Assembly (NCBI GenBank): GCA_038279365.1
Contig: JAYODI010000017.1
Location: forward strand, 1 to 64,000
DNA length: 64,000 nt
Origin: Candidatus Latescibacterota bacterium
GTDB taxonomy: Bacteria; Latescibacterota; UBA2968
Reading direction: 5' to 3'
Shown here: positions 1 through 11,446 of the stretch, piece after piece
How positions within the stretch are numbered: the stretch's first letter is position 1
How the letters are laid out: every line of letters starts with the position of its first letter
Program-made: the position numbers and the translations under genes
The notes under the pieces: generated by a model
Database searches by the model: none
The model's input: only the letters and a program-made list of their open reading frames with translations
Told to the model about the DNA's origin: nothing

Positions 1-1
1 A

Positions 2-3000
2 ACCTAAAGCATTGCCGACGGCCTTCCATCACCACATATCGCACACACCATGCAAGACAAACGCGGTTATCTTTGGTTGGCCACAGATGGCGGGCTGTGT
101 CGCTTTGATGGCGAACAATTTACCATCTATACGTCTCAAGACGGGCTACCCAGCAATCAAATTACTTACATACTTGAAGACCAACACGGCAACATATGGA
201 TCGCAACCCGCGAAAATGGCATTTGTCGTTTCGATGGCAAAACCTTTACCACATTTACCACACGAGATGGATTGAGTGACAACCAAGTTTGGGTCATATT
301 TGAAGACAGTAAAAGTAATATTTGGTTTGGGACCGATGGCGGAGCCACCCTATTTGATGGCAAACGGTTCATACATTACGATCACAAAGACACGGCATCA
401 GCGCCCATTTTAGTATACGATATTTTAGAAGACAAAAAAGAAAACATATGGTTTGCAACACGTGAAGGCCTCTATCAATTTGACGGCAATACATTTATCC
501 GTTGGTCCACAGAACACGGGTTGCCAAGCAACGATGTTCGCGAACTGATGTTTGATCAACAAGACAATCTCTACATCGGTAGTTCTGCAGGTGCTGCACG
601 CTTTGCACCCAACCAATCCAACCAACACTTTGTCTCAACCGCATTCAAAAATACAAAAACAGCCGTCAAACAAATATTCAAAGACAGTCAAGGAAACCTT
701 TGGTTTAGTACCTTGGCCGATTTTCAAAAAGAAGATGGTGGCACGGGTGTTCATTTTTTTAATCACCACCATCAAGAAATCTTCACAACTGAAAGTGGCT
801 TGGCCGGCAACAACATCCTATCCATTTTTGAAGACCGCGAAGGCAGACTTTGGTTTGGAACTGCACAAGGTGGTCTAAGCCGATATGATGGGCTCTACTT
901 TACCAATTACACCCAAAAACAAGGTTTGGCAAGCAACGATGTTCGAAACATCTACCAAGACAATCAAGACCGCATTTGGTTTGCAACAGCTCAAGGTGTA
1001 AGTGTTTACAACGATACATCATTCACCACTTACACCACAAAAAATGGCCTCCCCAGTAACACCATACGCGACATCACACAAGACCATCAAAACAACATTT
1101 GGATAGGTACAGATAAAGGGGCTGCCCGTTATGATGGTCACACATGGCAACCCTTCACAACCCAACAAGGCCTATACCACAACAGCATTCTCACCACATT
1201 CACAGATCAAAAAGGTCAGGTTTGGTTCGGTTTGGGCGATCCCTACACCCGAGATGGTTGGGGCGCATCGCGTTTTGATGGCCATACCTTCACCCACTTT
1301 GATGTTTCAACCATTCATAAAGACACACCCAATGCGGTTCGTAAAATAACCACCGATCAAAAAAATCATATTTAGTTTGGCACCCAGTTAGGGGCCAGTC
1401 AATATGATGGCAACACATTTACATATTTATTACCCGCCCAAATTATCACGCACAACAACATTTACGACATCTTGCAAGATCGTTTGGGCAATTTTTATAT
1501 GGCCTCTTTATTTGGCGTACATCATTACAATGGCAAAACATTTCACGCATTTACGACAGAGCATGGTTTGGCCGATAACCGCGTACAAACCCTCCTTGAA
1601 GACAACAATGGACACATATGGTTTGGCACAGCCAGCGGTGTTACACGCTATGACGGAAACGTGTTTCAAAACCTTTTTCCAACAGATGGCTTAGTACAAC
1701 ACAATATCCGCGACTTACACGAAGACAGACAAGGTAACATTTGGATTGCAACCGAAGGAGGCGTGACCAAATATCGTCCTCATCGAGAACCCTTTTCGAT
1801 CAAGCTCACACAAGTCGTTGCCGACCGAGAATACCAAACACAGGAACCGCTCACGCTGTCTTCAGACCAGCACTACATTGCATTTGAATTTTCAAGCGAA
1901 CGTTTGGTCACCCGACAAAACGCCATCGTTTACCGCTATCGCCTCAAAAACCATGATCTAACTTGGCAACAAACGCGTGCAAATCGAGCAGAATATCGCG
2001 ACCTCAAACCAGGTGCATATACCTTTGAGGTCGAAGCAATTGACTTAGATCTCAACTATTCACCACCCGTACAAATGACACTCACCATTGTCACACCTTG
2101 GTATCGCGAACCAGGGTCTGTTGTTTTGTCTGGTGGTCTTCTTTTTGCAGGACTCTTAGGCATCGGTTTTCTCACATCACGCTACATCCGCCAACGCCGC
2201 GAATCGGCACATTTACGCATTCTAATTCAAGAACAAGAACATCAAGCCCGCCTCCAGCTTCAAAAACCAAATGAAGAATTGGCCAAAGCCAAAGAAGAAG
2301 CCGACAACGCCAACCAAGCCAAGAGCACTTTTTTGGCCAACATGAGCCACGAAATACGAACGCCCATGAACGCGATCTTAGGCTACACACAAATCCTCAA
2401 CAAAGACACCAACCTGTCACCCGATCAACGCAAAGCCATCGAAACCATTGGGCACAGTGGTGAACATCTTTTAGGACTGATCAATGATGTGCTCGATATC
2501 TCTAAAATTGAAGCTGGACGTGAAGAATTATATCTCACCTATTTTAGCCTCAACGATTTTCTAATAGGGCTGGAACAAATCTTTCAAATACGATGCCAAC
2601 AAGAAAATCTCATTTGGAAAATGGAAGAAAACTTGCCCAGAGTCTCTGTACAAGCTGACGAAAATAAATTGCGTCAGGTTCTCATCAATCTTTTGGGCAA
2701 TGCCATCAAGTTCACCTCCCAAGGCGAAATCAAATTAAAAGTCGAACAACGTGAAAACAACCAATACCACTTTGAGATCTCAGACTCTGGACCAGGTATT
2801 TCCAAAGAGCGACAAAGCAAAATTTTCGAACCCTTTCATCAAGAAGAAGCAGGCAAAAAACAAGGAGGCACAGGACTGGGGTTGGCCATCTCATTGCGTC
2901 ACATCAAAATGATGGGCGGGCGCATTGAATTGCAATCTGCACCAGGAGAAGGTGCAACATTCTTCTTCACCCTCACCCTGCCCACCATAGAAACAACGTC

Positions 3001-3667
3001 AGTATCTGATGGTGTTCAATGGACACAGGCACAACGGTTATCTGAAGGTCTGGCAGTAAACGCTCTCGTTGTTGATGATACCCCAACCAATATTGATATT
3101 TTAGAGCAAATGCTCCAAAAAATAGGTGCCACTGTAGAAACCGCCCAAAATGGCAAACAAGCCCTTGAGAAAATAGAAAAATCGATGCCCGATATCATTT
3201 TTATGGACATACAAATGTCAGAAATGGATGGCCCAACAACCCTGCAACATATCTTTGATAGACACGGCAAAGGAACCACCAAAATCATTGCCGTTACAGC
3301 ATCGGTATTTGACCACCAACGCCAACGTTATTTCACCATGGGCTTTGATGATTTTATAGACAAACCCATTCGCATAGAACGGGTTTACACCTGCTTGTCT
3401 CAACATCTAAATGTTTCATTCGACTTTGTTGAACAAGCAGCTCCCCAAAATACAAGTTGGACAGACCTGATCATGCCCCTTGAATTGTACAATAATTTTC
3501 AAAATGCCATCGACACACACAGCATCACAGAGTTGCGCCAATATATTGGTCAATTAGAAAAAATGGGCGAGCAAGAACAACACCTCGCCAATCACCTAAG
3601 AACCCTTGCCCAATCATTCAATATCGAAGCCATAAAAACCACCCTCACAACCGTCAAATACCAATAA
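2..3667 (+). pseudogene. Hybrid sensor histidine kinase (Reg_prop beta-propeller repeats, Y_Y_Y, TM, HisKA/HATPase, REC) interrupted by in-frame stops; 5' end outside window
   Basis: ORFs 50..1375 and 1472..3667 share a frame. TAG 1373-1375 sits in NHI*FGT where other repeats read IWFGT; TAA 5-7 sits in T*SIADGLPS. H-box [34 protein letters not shown] present. Confidence 0.85.
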
Positions 3668-3704
3668 AAAAGGCTTCGATATAAAAAATCGAAGCCTTTC
3701 TTTT
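3668..3704. terminator. Probable bidirectional intrinsic terminator
   Basis: aaaggcttcgat..atcgaagcctttctttt between convergent genes. Confidence 0.75.
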
Positions 3705-3727
3705 CCCATCTTTCCCCAACATAATAA

Positions 3728-6700
3728 TCAATCTGCCGCTTCAGAAACCGCTACATCTCCTTTGCGACGACGTTGCAAGTAATCCATCAAATCTTCCATC
3801 ATCATATACAAACACGGTACCAAAACCAAAATAATCCCCGTGGCAAACACAATGCCATACCCCAAAGACAACGCCATCGGAATCATAAAGCGTGCCTGTC
3901 GAGATGTCTCAAAAATCATCGGTGATAAGCCACCAAAGGTCGTCAGTGTGGTCAACAAAATGGGGCGAAAACGTCGCACGCCCGCACTGTGAATCGATTC
4001 AAACGGACTGGCACCCGCTTTGCGCTGTCCATTGGCATAGTCAATCATCACCAGCGCATCATTGATCACCACACCCGACAATGCAATAATGCCCATCATA
4101 CTAATGATGCTCAAACTATATCCCATAATCAGATGCCCAATAACGGCACCAAAAATACCAAAGGGAATGGCCACCAAAACAATCAATGGCTGTGTATAAC
4201 TGCGAAACGGAATGGCCAACAACACATAAAAAATTACCACAGCCAAAAGAAAGCCATAGGCCAAAGCCGTTAAGGACTCTTTAAAATCAGCTTGTCGACC
4301 TTCAAAACCATATGCAAGCCCCGGATAATCACGCGCCAATTGGGGCAAAATTTCAGCCGTTAATGCAGCCAACACCTGACCCGTTTCATCCACAGGTTCC
4401 ACAACCGACGTCACCGAAATCGTACGGCGACCATCACGGCGTGTAATGCTTGTATACGCACGCCCAGCCGATACCTCCGTCACTTGGCGCAAAGGCACAT
4501 CACGCCCAGAGGGTGTGCGAATCAACAAATGTTCAATATCAAACTCGCGCACACGCTCAGATTCTGGCAAACTTACCCGCACACGCACCTCATTGCGCCC
4601 ACGTTGTTGTCGCAATGCTTCAGCGCCATAAAAAGCCGCGCGCACCTGCCGTGCCACTTCTGTAGACGTTAACCCCAAGCTGCGTCCTTCTGGTGTCAAT
4701 TGGAAGTCCAATTGCCGTTTGCCAGGTGTATAGCCATCATCAATATCCTTCGTTTGTGAAAACTGTTCCAAAGATGCAGCCAAAGCCGTACTGGCTTGGT
4801 CCAGCACAGCAATATTGCGATGGCTCAGTTCCACCGTAATCGAAGGCCCCGAACCAGGCCCCCCTCGATCTGACTCATATCGCAAAACCTGCAACCCAAC
4901 AAGGGTGCCTACTTTTTCACGCCACACCTCAGCCACTTGCGTTGTGCTGATGGGGCGCACTTCGGGAGGTGTTAAATAAGCCGATACTTCAATGCGGTTT
5001 TCATCAATGGTTGCATAAACCCCTTCAATGAGTTGCTCACCCCCATATTCTGCGGCAACCGCATTGGCACCTGCCACCAATTGATCACGTACTGCCTCCG
5101 CTTTTTCCATCGCACTGCCATAAGGCAAAATGGCCGTCACCACGGCTTGGTCAGACTCCACCTTGGGCATCAAAATTAAACCCATACGCCCACTTAACGC
5201 ATACGCAATTACAATCATCAATGTGGTCACTGCAATGGCCGACGTCAAATACCGCGCATGCATACACTTTTCTAAAAACGGTGAATAAACCGTCTCAACA
5301 AAATGAATAAACTTCCGACTAAACCGTTGTTGATGACGATGTAAAAATGTCGCCAAACGTCCGTCTTTGGCATGTTCACCGTGCGCCAAATGCGATGGCA
5401 AAATCAACAACGACTCCACCCACGAAATCAGAAATACCGTGATCACAACAGCCGGAATCACTTTCCATATTTTACCCAAAAAGCCCGGTACATACATCAG
5501 TGGCAAAAACGCCACCACATTGGTCAAAATACTAAACGTAATGGGCACAGACACATCGCGCGCGCCTTTAATAGCCGCATCGAAAAAAGACATGCCTTGT
5601 TGACGATATTCAAAAATATTTTCACCCGAAATAATCGCATCATCCACCACAATGCCCAATGCCACAATAAATGCAAATAGTGAAATGATATTAAGCGACA
5701 CCCCCATGCCAGATAAAAACAAAAACGAACCCAAAAACGAAATGGGAATCCCCAACGTCACCCAAAATGCCAGCTTAAACTCCAAAAACAAACCCAACAC
5801 ACACAACACCAACACCAAACCCAAAAACCCATTGCGCAACAACAAATTCAAACGCTGGCGATAAATGGTAGACCGATCGTTATTAATCGCATAATGCACC
5901 CCTGGCGGCAGGTCGGCCACAATTTCTTCCATCGCATCCCGCACGGCATCGGCCACCTGAATGGGTGTTTGCTCACCAATACGAAACACATTTAAACCCA
6001 CCGTACGATGCCCATTATATGTGGCCGCCTGATTGGACTCTTCAAAACCTTCGCGAACCTGCGCAATATCACTCAAGTAAATTGTTGTACCATCATTGGA
6101 TGTAACAATAGGAATTTGTGCAAATTCACGTGCCCAGTTGCGCCGTTCTTTCATGCGCATCAAAATTTCACCACTGGCCGTTTTGACACTGCCACCCGGT
6201 ATCTCTACCGCCGTTGCATCAATTTTGCGCGCAATTTCATTCAACGTCAAACCATAGGTTCGCAACTGATCTTGTGAGATCTCTACACGCACTTCATAAT
6301 CACGCACCCCATCCAATTCGACCAATGCAATATTGGGATTTTGCAACAATTGGTCGCGCACCAACTCTGCCAAATCGCGCAAAGCCCACTCACTCGCTTC
6401 GCCATAAATTTGCAGGGTAAGCACACCTCGACGACGCGTTTCGAGCACCACTTGCACCTGTTCTGTATCTTCTGGAAAAGTGGTGATACGATTGACTTGT
6501 TGCTGAATATCTTGATACACTTTTTGTTGATCCACGCCAGGCATCAATTCGACCATCACGCTGCCCATACCTTCACCAGCAATACCATTTACTTCTTCAA
6601 CACCATCCAAACCCCGCACCGCTTCTTCTACCGCCAACACAATGCCCTGTTCCACTTCTTCGGGGCTTGCACCAGGGTAAGGCACACGAATGCTCACCTG

Positions 6701-6856
6701 ATCCAAATCATAAGAGGGAAACACCTCTTGTTTAATGCGCGTGGCCATAAACAACCCACCCACAATAAAGATCAACATCAATATATTGGGTGTGACTCTA
6801 TTTTGAACCATCCACGCCAACGGCCCACCCGCATTGTCAGACGATGAATCGCTCAT
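3728..6856 (-). CDS. RND efflux permease (AcrB/AcrD/AcrF family)
   Basis: 1042 aa; YPGASPEEVE, GIVVDDAII, RRFRPILLTTLTT. Confidence 0.95.
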   Translation of the reverse strand: MSDSSSDNAGGPLAWMVQNRVTPNILMLIFIVGGLFMATRIKQEVFPSYDLDQVSIRVPYPGASPEEVEQGIVLAVEEAVRGLDGVEEVNGIAGEGMGSVMVELMPGVDQQKVYQDIQQQVNRITTFPEDTEQVQVVLETRRRGVLTLQIYGEASEWALRDLAELVRDQLLQNPNIALVELDGVRDYEVRVEISQDQLRTYGLTLNEIARKIDATAVEIPGGSVKTASGEILMRMKERRNWAREFAQIPIVTSNDGTTIYLSDIAQVREGFEESNQAATYNGHRTVGLNVFRIGEQTPIQVADAVRDAMEEIVADLPPGVHYAINNDRSTIYRQRLNLLLRNGFLGLVLVLCVLGLFLEFKLAFWVTLGIPISFLGSFLFLSGMGVSLNIISLFAFIVALGIVVDDAIISGENIFEYRQQGMSFFDAAIKGARDVSVPITFSILTNVVAFLPLMYVPGFLGKIWKVIPAVVITVFLISWVESLLILPSHLAHGEHAKDGRLATFLHRHQQRFSRKFIHFVETVYSPFLEKCMHARYLTSAIAVTTLMIVIAYALSGRMGLILMPKVESDQAVVTAILPYGSAMEKAEAVRDQLVAGANAVAAEYGGEQLIEGVYATIDENRIEVSAYLTPPEVRPISTTQVAEVWREKVGTLVGLQVLRYESDRGGPGSGPSITVELSHRNIAVLDQASTALAASLEQFSQTKDIDDGYTPGKRQLDFQLTPEGRSLGLTSTEVARQVRAAFYGAEALRQQRGRNEVRVRVSLPESERVREFDIEHLLIRTPSGRDVPLRQVTEVSAGRAYTSITRRDGRRTISVTSVVEPVDETGQVLAALTAEILPQLARDYPGLAYGFEGRQADFKESLTALAYGFLLAVVIFYVLLAIPFRSYTQPLIVLVAIPFGIFGAVIGHLIMGYSLSIISMMGIIALSGVVINDALVMIDYANGQRKAGASPFESIHSAGVRRFRPILLTTLTTFGGLSPMIFETSRQARFMIPMALSLGYGIVFATGIILVLVPCLYMMMEDLMDYLQRRRKGDVAVSEAAD

Positions 6857-8079
6857 TTTACAACTCCTTCTTCAACATTCTTTTGTTTGGTCACCTCATT
6901 CACCCGCAAAGGCATCCCTGCCACAGGAGCCCCCAAATCGGTTGTCACCACACGCTCTCCCAACCGCACACCTTTTTTTACTAAGACCTCATCACGCCCT
7001 CGAAAAAGCACATCTACCGCACGTATATCCAACTGATCGGCGTCATTCATCACCCAAACCATATTTCCATCACGCAGTGATGTGCGCGGCACCACCAACG
7101 CGTGGTCCATCTGAATGCCCGTTATTTCAACACGCACATACGTGCCCAACAACATTGTTGGCAGTGCTGCTTCCTCTTCATCACGCCCCAAAGGATTATC
7201 CACAGACACAATCAACCTGGCCATACGCCCTTCGGCCTCTACTGCAGGAGCCAAGCGAATTACATGCCCCGTGCGAAAAATATCACGCCCCCAAGCCGCT
7301 TCATTATAGATATGCACCACAGATCCCATACCGCTTTTTGATCGGGGAATATGTAACCACTGCAACTGATCTACAGGTACAGACACCTCAACCCAATAGG
7401 CATCCGTACCCACAAAAGTACCCAAAGAAGTCGATGGCGAAACTTGTGTGCCCACATTCACATGTCGGCTTTGCAACACCCCATTAAAGGGCGCCACCAC
7501 CTGTGTGCGTGATTGTGCCAAACGGGCCGCTTCCAACAACGCTTCTGCGGCCTCATACGCTGCTTTTGCACTCTCAAGCTGGGGTTTTCGCAACACCAAA
7601 TCGCGTTCGTCTTTCGAAATGGTCTCGCCCAACAATTCATATTCACGTTCAGCCACCAATTGTTGTGCCACCTCTAACTGATAAGCACTTTTAGTACGTG
7701 CCACATCGCTCTTGCGCTGACGCACAATGAGGGTATAATCCAGCGGATCAATTTGCACCAATGCCTGCCCTGCCACAAAGCGCCCACCCGGCACAAAATC
7801 GGCATCTATGGTCACAATCTCACCACTCACTTGAGGTCGTATATCAACCGTACGTGCTGGCACCACAGTACCCATAGCATCAACCACGATGGGCTTTTCA
7901 GCGTGTCGAATGGCTTGCACCTCCACCAATCGCGCATGGCGTGGCCGCTCTTTTCGCTGAGCCTGTGGTCCTGTTTCCATCAAAACAAAAACCACAATAG
8001 CACCAGCAATCACAATCAAAAGCGGCAAAATGGTCCACAACCGCTTCGAACCCACCCTATTTTCATTTACCAACGCCAA
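6853..8079 (-). CDS. RND periplasmic adaptor (MFP) subunit
   Basis: N-terminal TM, PQVSGEI and APFNG lipoyl-like motifs; GGAGG before TTG; overlaps permease start. Confidence 0.92.
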   Translation of the reverse strand: MALVNENRVGSKRLWTILPLLIVIAGAIVVFVLMETGPQAQRKERPRHARLVEVQAIRHAEKPIVVDAMGTVVPARTVDIRPQVSGEIVTIDADFVPGGRFVAGQALVQIDPLDYTLIVRQRKSDVARTKSAYQLEVAQQLVAEREYELLGETISKDERDLVLRKPQLESAKAAYEAAEALLEAARLAQSRTQVVAPFNGVLQSRHVNVGTQVSPSTSLGTFVGTDAYWVEVSVPVDQLQWLHIPRSKSGMGSVVHIYNEAAWGRDIFRTGHVIRLAPAVEAEGRMARLIVSVDNPLGRDEEEAALPTMLLGTYVRVEITGIQMDHALVVPRTSLRDGNMVWVMNDADQLDIRAVDVLFRGRDEVLVKKGVRLGERVVTTDLGAPVAGMPLRVNEVTKQKNVEEGVVK

Positions 8080-8099
8080 TCCTCCAAATATTAAGAACT

Positions 8100-8164
8100 G
8101 TCACAGGTCGCAAGTCAACAAGTCACCCGTCTGAAAGCTTGTACCGTCTTTAGACCTATGACCT
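8100..8164. repeat. Heptamer (GTCACAG/GTCGCAA) palindromic repeat, family A, degenerate copy
   Basis: gtcacag-gtcgcaa-gtcaacaa-gtcac ... gacctat-gacct; same units as 52228..52327. Confidence 0.65.
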
Positions 8165-9584
8165 ATTTCATCACCCGTTCTTGCCCAACCATCTCCCAGC
8201 CCCCACCCAATGCCCGACACAAATCTACTCGGTAACCAATCAACTCACGCTTAGCCGTCAAATGTGTACGCTCCAACTGCTGATGGGTTTGCAAAGCATC
8301 CAAAACCCGCAAATAATCTGCACCACCACTCGTATAATTATCTCGCGCCCGCACAATGACCTGCTCAGACAAAATCAATTGTTTTTCCAAACTCTCCAAA
8401 TACACCGCTTGCTCAGCTTCTTGCACCAATGCGTCTTCTACTTCTGCCAAAGAATTCAACACCACCTGACCATACACCTGCAACCGCTCATTCACAATGG
8501 CTTTGGTACGCGCCACTTCTGCCCTACGCCGCCCCCCATCAATGAGTGGTCCCACCAAATTAGCCGAAAAATTAAACAGCCAATCTTTAAACAAACCACC
8601 CACACGGCTATCTGACGATGTGGCTTGCCCAGACAGGCTCAAACGTGGAAAACGATCTGCCACCGCAGAAGCTACCCGTTTGTCGGCAGCCATCACATCA
8701 AAAAATGCCGCTTGAATATCAGGGCGTCGCTGAATCAAATCAGCAGGTACACCCACTTGGGGCAATGGAGATAAATTGATCAAATTGGCCGTTGAATCGG
8801 CCACACCAAACAAAGGGGGTTGCCCCAACAAAATAGCCAACTGATGCGCCAAAACTGATTTTCGAGACCGTGCCAATGCCATTTGCCCACGCGTGGCTTC
8901 TGCAAATTGCCGCTGGCGCAACACATCGGCGGCACGCACCAAACCGCGTTTAAAACGCAAATTTATCAGTTCTTGAATCTGTTCATTAATGGCCAACTGT
9001 TCGGTCAACAAATCCACTTGTGCCTGTTGCTCCACAAGCCGATACCATGCATTGGCCACAGAAGCCGACAAAGTCATACCCGCCGCCTTCAAATCGGCCT
9101 CACTGGCCCGCATATCCAACCGGGCCGCTTGTGCCGTAGACCGCACACGCCCCCACAAATCCACCTCATAACCCGCCGAAGCCCCCACAGACCAATTATT
9201 CGTCGATGTGGTCACACCTGCATTTCGACGTGTGGTGCGATCTGCCCCAGCACGTACATCTAAGGTTGGAAATTGACCAGCACCGTCTTTTTTGGCCACC
9301 GCCTTAGCCTGTGCCAATCGTTCATAAGTCGCCAACAAACCCGGATTGTTCACCAAAGCCTGATCCATCAACGCATTTAAATGCGCATCATGAAGTGACA
9401 ACCACCACCGCGCGTCCAAAACCACTTCACCCGATGACGAAAATACCGCAGGTGTCACCGCCTCGGGCACAGGGCTTCGACGCGGAACAGACGCACACGC
9501 CGTAAACAAAAAAATCACCCAAATGTACCGAAAAAAACCATGGCATTGGGCAAATGAACAGCTGTTTAAAGCTCTTAATTTCAT
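8163..9584 (-). CDS. Efflux outer-membrane factor lipoprotein (NodT/TolC family); start uncertain
   Basis: Lipobox-like FTAC; YEVDLWGRV, LIQRRPDI, ALGGGW. Confidence 0.92.
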   Translation of the reverse strand: MKLRALNSCSFAQCHGFFRYIWVIFLFTACASVPRRSPVPEAVTPAVFSSSGEVVLDARWWLSLHDAHLNALMDQALVNNPGLLATYERLAQAKAVAKKDGAGQFPTLDVRAGADRTTRRNAGVTTSTNNWSVGASAGYEVDLWGRVRSTAQAARLDMRASEADLKAAGMTLSASVANAWYRLVEQQAQVDLLTEQLAINEQIQELINLRFKRGLVRAADVLRQRQFAEATRGQMALARSRKSVLAHQLAILLGQPPLFGVADSTANLINLSPLPQVGVPADLIQRRPDIQAAFFDVMAADKRVASAVADRFPRLSLSGQATSSDSRVGGLFKDWLFNFSANLVGPLIDGGRRRAEVARTKAIVNERLQVYGQVVLNSLAEVEDALVQEAEQAVYLESLEKQLILSEQVIVRARDNYTSGGADYLRVLDALQTHQQLERTHLTAKRELIGYRVDLCRALGGGWEMVGQERVMK

Positions 9585-9668
9585 AATCTTATCATATCTC
9601 AAAAAAATGGTGTTGTCAAATACACTATTAGACGTAAACACAAGCGCCAATGTTCCTTTAATATCGTG

Positions 9669-10958
9669 CTAAATCAAATTCAAACTGCGTGGAATCCACA
9701 ATGAAAGTGTTGGCCAATATGTAATCAGCATCAAAGCAACAATCATAGCCAAGAAAAATGGAATCAAAGGACGGGTCACTTCGGCAATACTGATTTTTCC
9801 AACCCCGCATCCCAGAAACAAACACGTACCCACAGGGGGAGTGCACAACCCAATACATAAATTTGTAATAAGAATCATGCCAAAATGTACGGGATGCATC
9901 CCTAAGTTCACCACCACAGGTAAAAAAATGGGCGTAAAAATAAGCACCGCAGGGGTCATATCCATAAACGTGCCCACAAACAACAACAGCAAATTAATAA
10001 TAATAAAAATAACCCACGTACTGTCAGAGATACCCAGCAAAGCAGTACTCACCGTTTGAGGAATATTTTGATAAGCCAGCACCCAACTCATGGCTTTGCT
10101 CGTACCAATTAAAATCATCACGATAGCAGTCGTCTTGCCACTTTGGAGCAAAATCTGCGGCAAATCACTTATCTTCACTTGCCGATACACCACAACCGCC
10201 AACACAAAAGCATAAGCCACTGCAATGGCCGCCGCCTCTGTGGCCGAAAACACACCCCCCAAAATACCACCCAATACAATCACAATCAGCAACAAACTGA
10301 GCGCAGCCCGTTTAAAAGCGACAAGCATTTCCTTAAAAGAACGCCTCTCGCCAGCACCATACCCATTTTTCCAACTCAACATACCACACACAACCATAAT
10401 AAATGCACCCACCAAAAGCCCTGGCAAAATGCCCGCCATAAACATCGCCGCAATAGAAACATTGCCCGCCACCACCGCATACACAATCATGATATTACTC
10501 GGTGGAATCATTAACCCAGTCGTGGCCGCCGTGGTGGTCACCGCCACAGCGAAACGGTTGTCATAACCTTTGCGCTTCATTTCGGGAATCATAAACCCAC
10601 CCACCGAAGACACAGCCGCCGCTGCAGACCCCGAAATAGAGCCAAACATCATACACGTTAATGTACTCACATAACTTAACCCACCCGTAAAACGCCCCAC
10701 CAAGGCTTCGGCAAAATCAATCAACCGACGCGCCATCCCCCCTTGCCCCATCAACACACCTGACAAAATAAAAAACGGAATGGCCAGAAGTGGAAAACTT
10801 GCAATGCCCGTAGACATGCGCTGGGCAATGATATAATTGGTTGGCACATCGCCCAATGACAAAATAGTCAAAAATGTGCTCAATCCAATCGCCACAGCAA
10901 TGGGCACATTCATCACCAACAAAATCAAAAAACTCACAACCAAAATCAAAACTTCCAT
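9669..10958 (-). CDS. dctM: TRAP transporter large permease
   Basis: FPLLAIPFFIL, IPPS, TPPVG motifs; 429 aa hydrophobic. Confidence 0.93.
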   Translation of the reverse strand: MEVLILVVSFLILLVMNVPIAVAIGLSTFLTILSLGDVPTNYIIAQRMSTGIASFPLLAIPFFILSGVLMGQGGMARRLIDFAEALVGRFTGGLSYVSTLTCMMFGSISGSAAAAVSSVGGFMIPEMKRKGYDNRFAVAVTTTAATTGLMIPPSNIMIVYAVVAGNVSIAAMFMAGILPGLLVGAFIMVVCGMLSWKNGYGAGERRSFKEMLVAFKRAALSLLLIVIVLGGILGGVFSATEAAAIAVAYAFVLAVVVYRQVKISDLPQILLQSGKTTAIVMILIGTSKAMSWVLAYQNIPQTVSTALLGISDSTWVIFIIINLLLLFVGTFMDMTPAVLIFTPIFLPVVVNLGMHPVHFGMILITNLCIGLCTPPVGTCLFLGCGVGKISIAEVTRPLIPFFLAMIVALMLITYWPTLSLWIPRSLNLI

Positions 10959-10969
10959 TGGTCATCCCT

Positions 10970-11443
10970 TTATGATTGAAACACATTCACCAAATCTTCA
11001 ACACAGTATAAAAGCACAAACAGCCCACTAATAGGCACTGCCAAATAAACATATCCAATAGGAAGCCCCATCGCAGGAGAAACCTGACCACTGGCCAATG
11101 TTTTGCTCACCAGTTCATAACCACCATAAACCATTACCGCACCCGCAAAAAATCCTACGACAAATGTAATCACCACCGTCATTATTTTTTGTGCATCAGG
11201 GTGCAATTTCTTCACAAAATAATCCACACCCAAATGCCCCTTATCACCAAATGCTGCACCCGCACCCAAAAGGGATGCCCATATCAGCAGCATCGTTGCC
11301 AACTCTTCCGTCCAACGACTTTGCGCACCCAAAACAAAGCGCGATATCACCCCCCACAACACATCCAACACAAGCACACCCATAGTTATGATCACCAATA
11401 TTTCCAACACATATGTCAATTTCTGGCGAACGCTTCCAAACAT
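10970..11443 (-). CDS. dctQ: TRAP transporter small permease
   Basis: 157 aa, ~4 TM, WTEEL and HLGVD. Confidence 0.9.
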   Translation of the reverse strand: MFGSVRQKLTYVLEILVIITMGVLVLDVLWGVISRFVLGAQSRWTEELATMLLIWASLLGAGAAFGDKGHLGVDYFVKKLHPDAQKIMTVVITFVVGFFAGAVMVYGGYELVSKTLASGQVSPAMGLPIGYVYLAVPISGLFVLLYCVEDLVNVFQS

Positions 11444-11446
11444 AAA

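Noticed and set aside
1373-1375. Pyrrolysine or amber reassignment in the sensor kinase
   Set aside because: The position is a conserved Trp one base from TAG, a TAA also interrupts the gene, and TAG ends other genes normally (25523, 50508).
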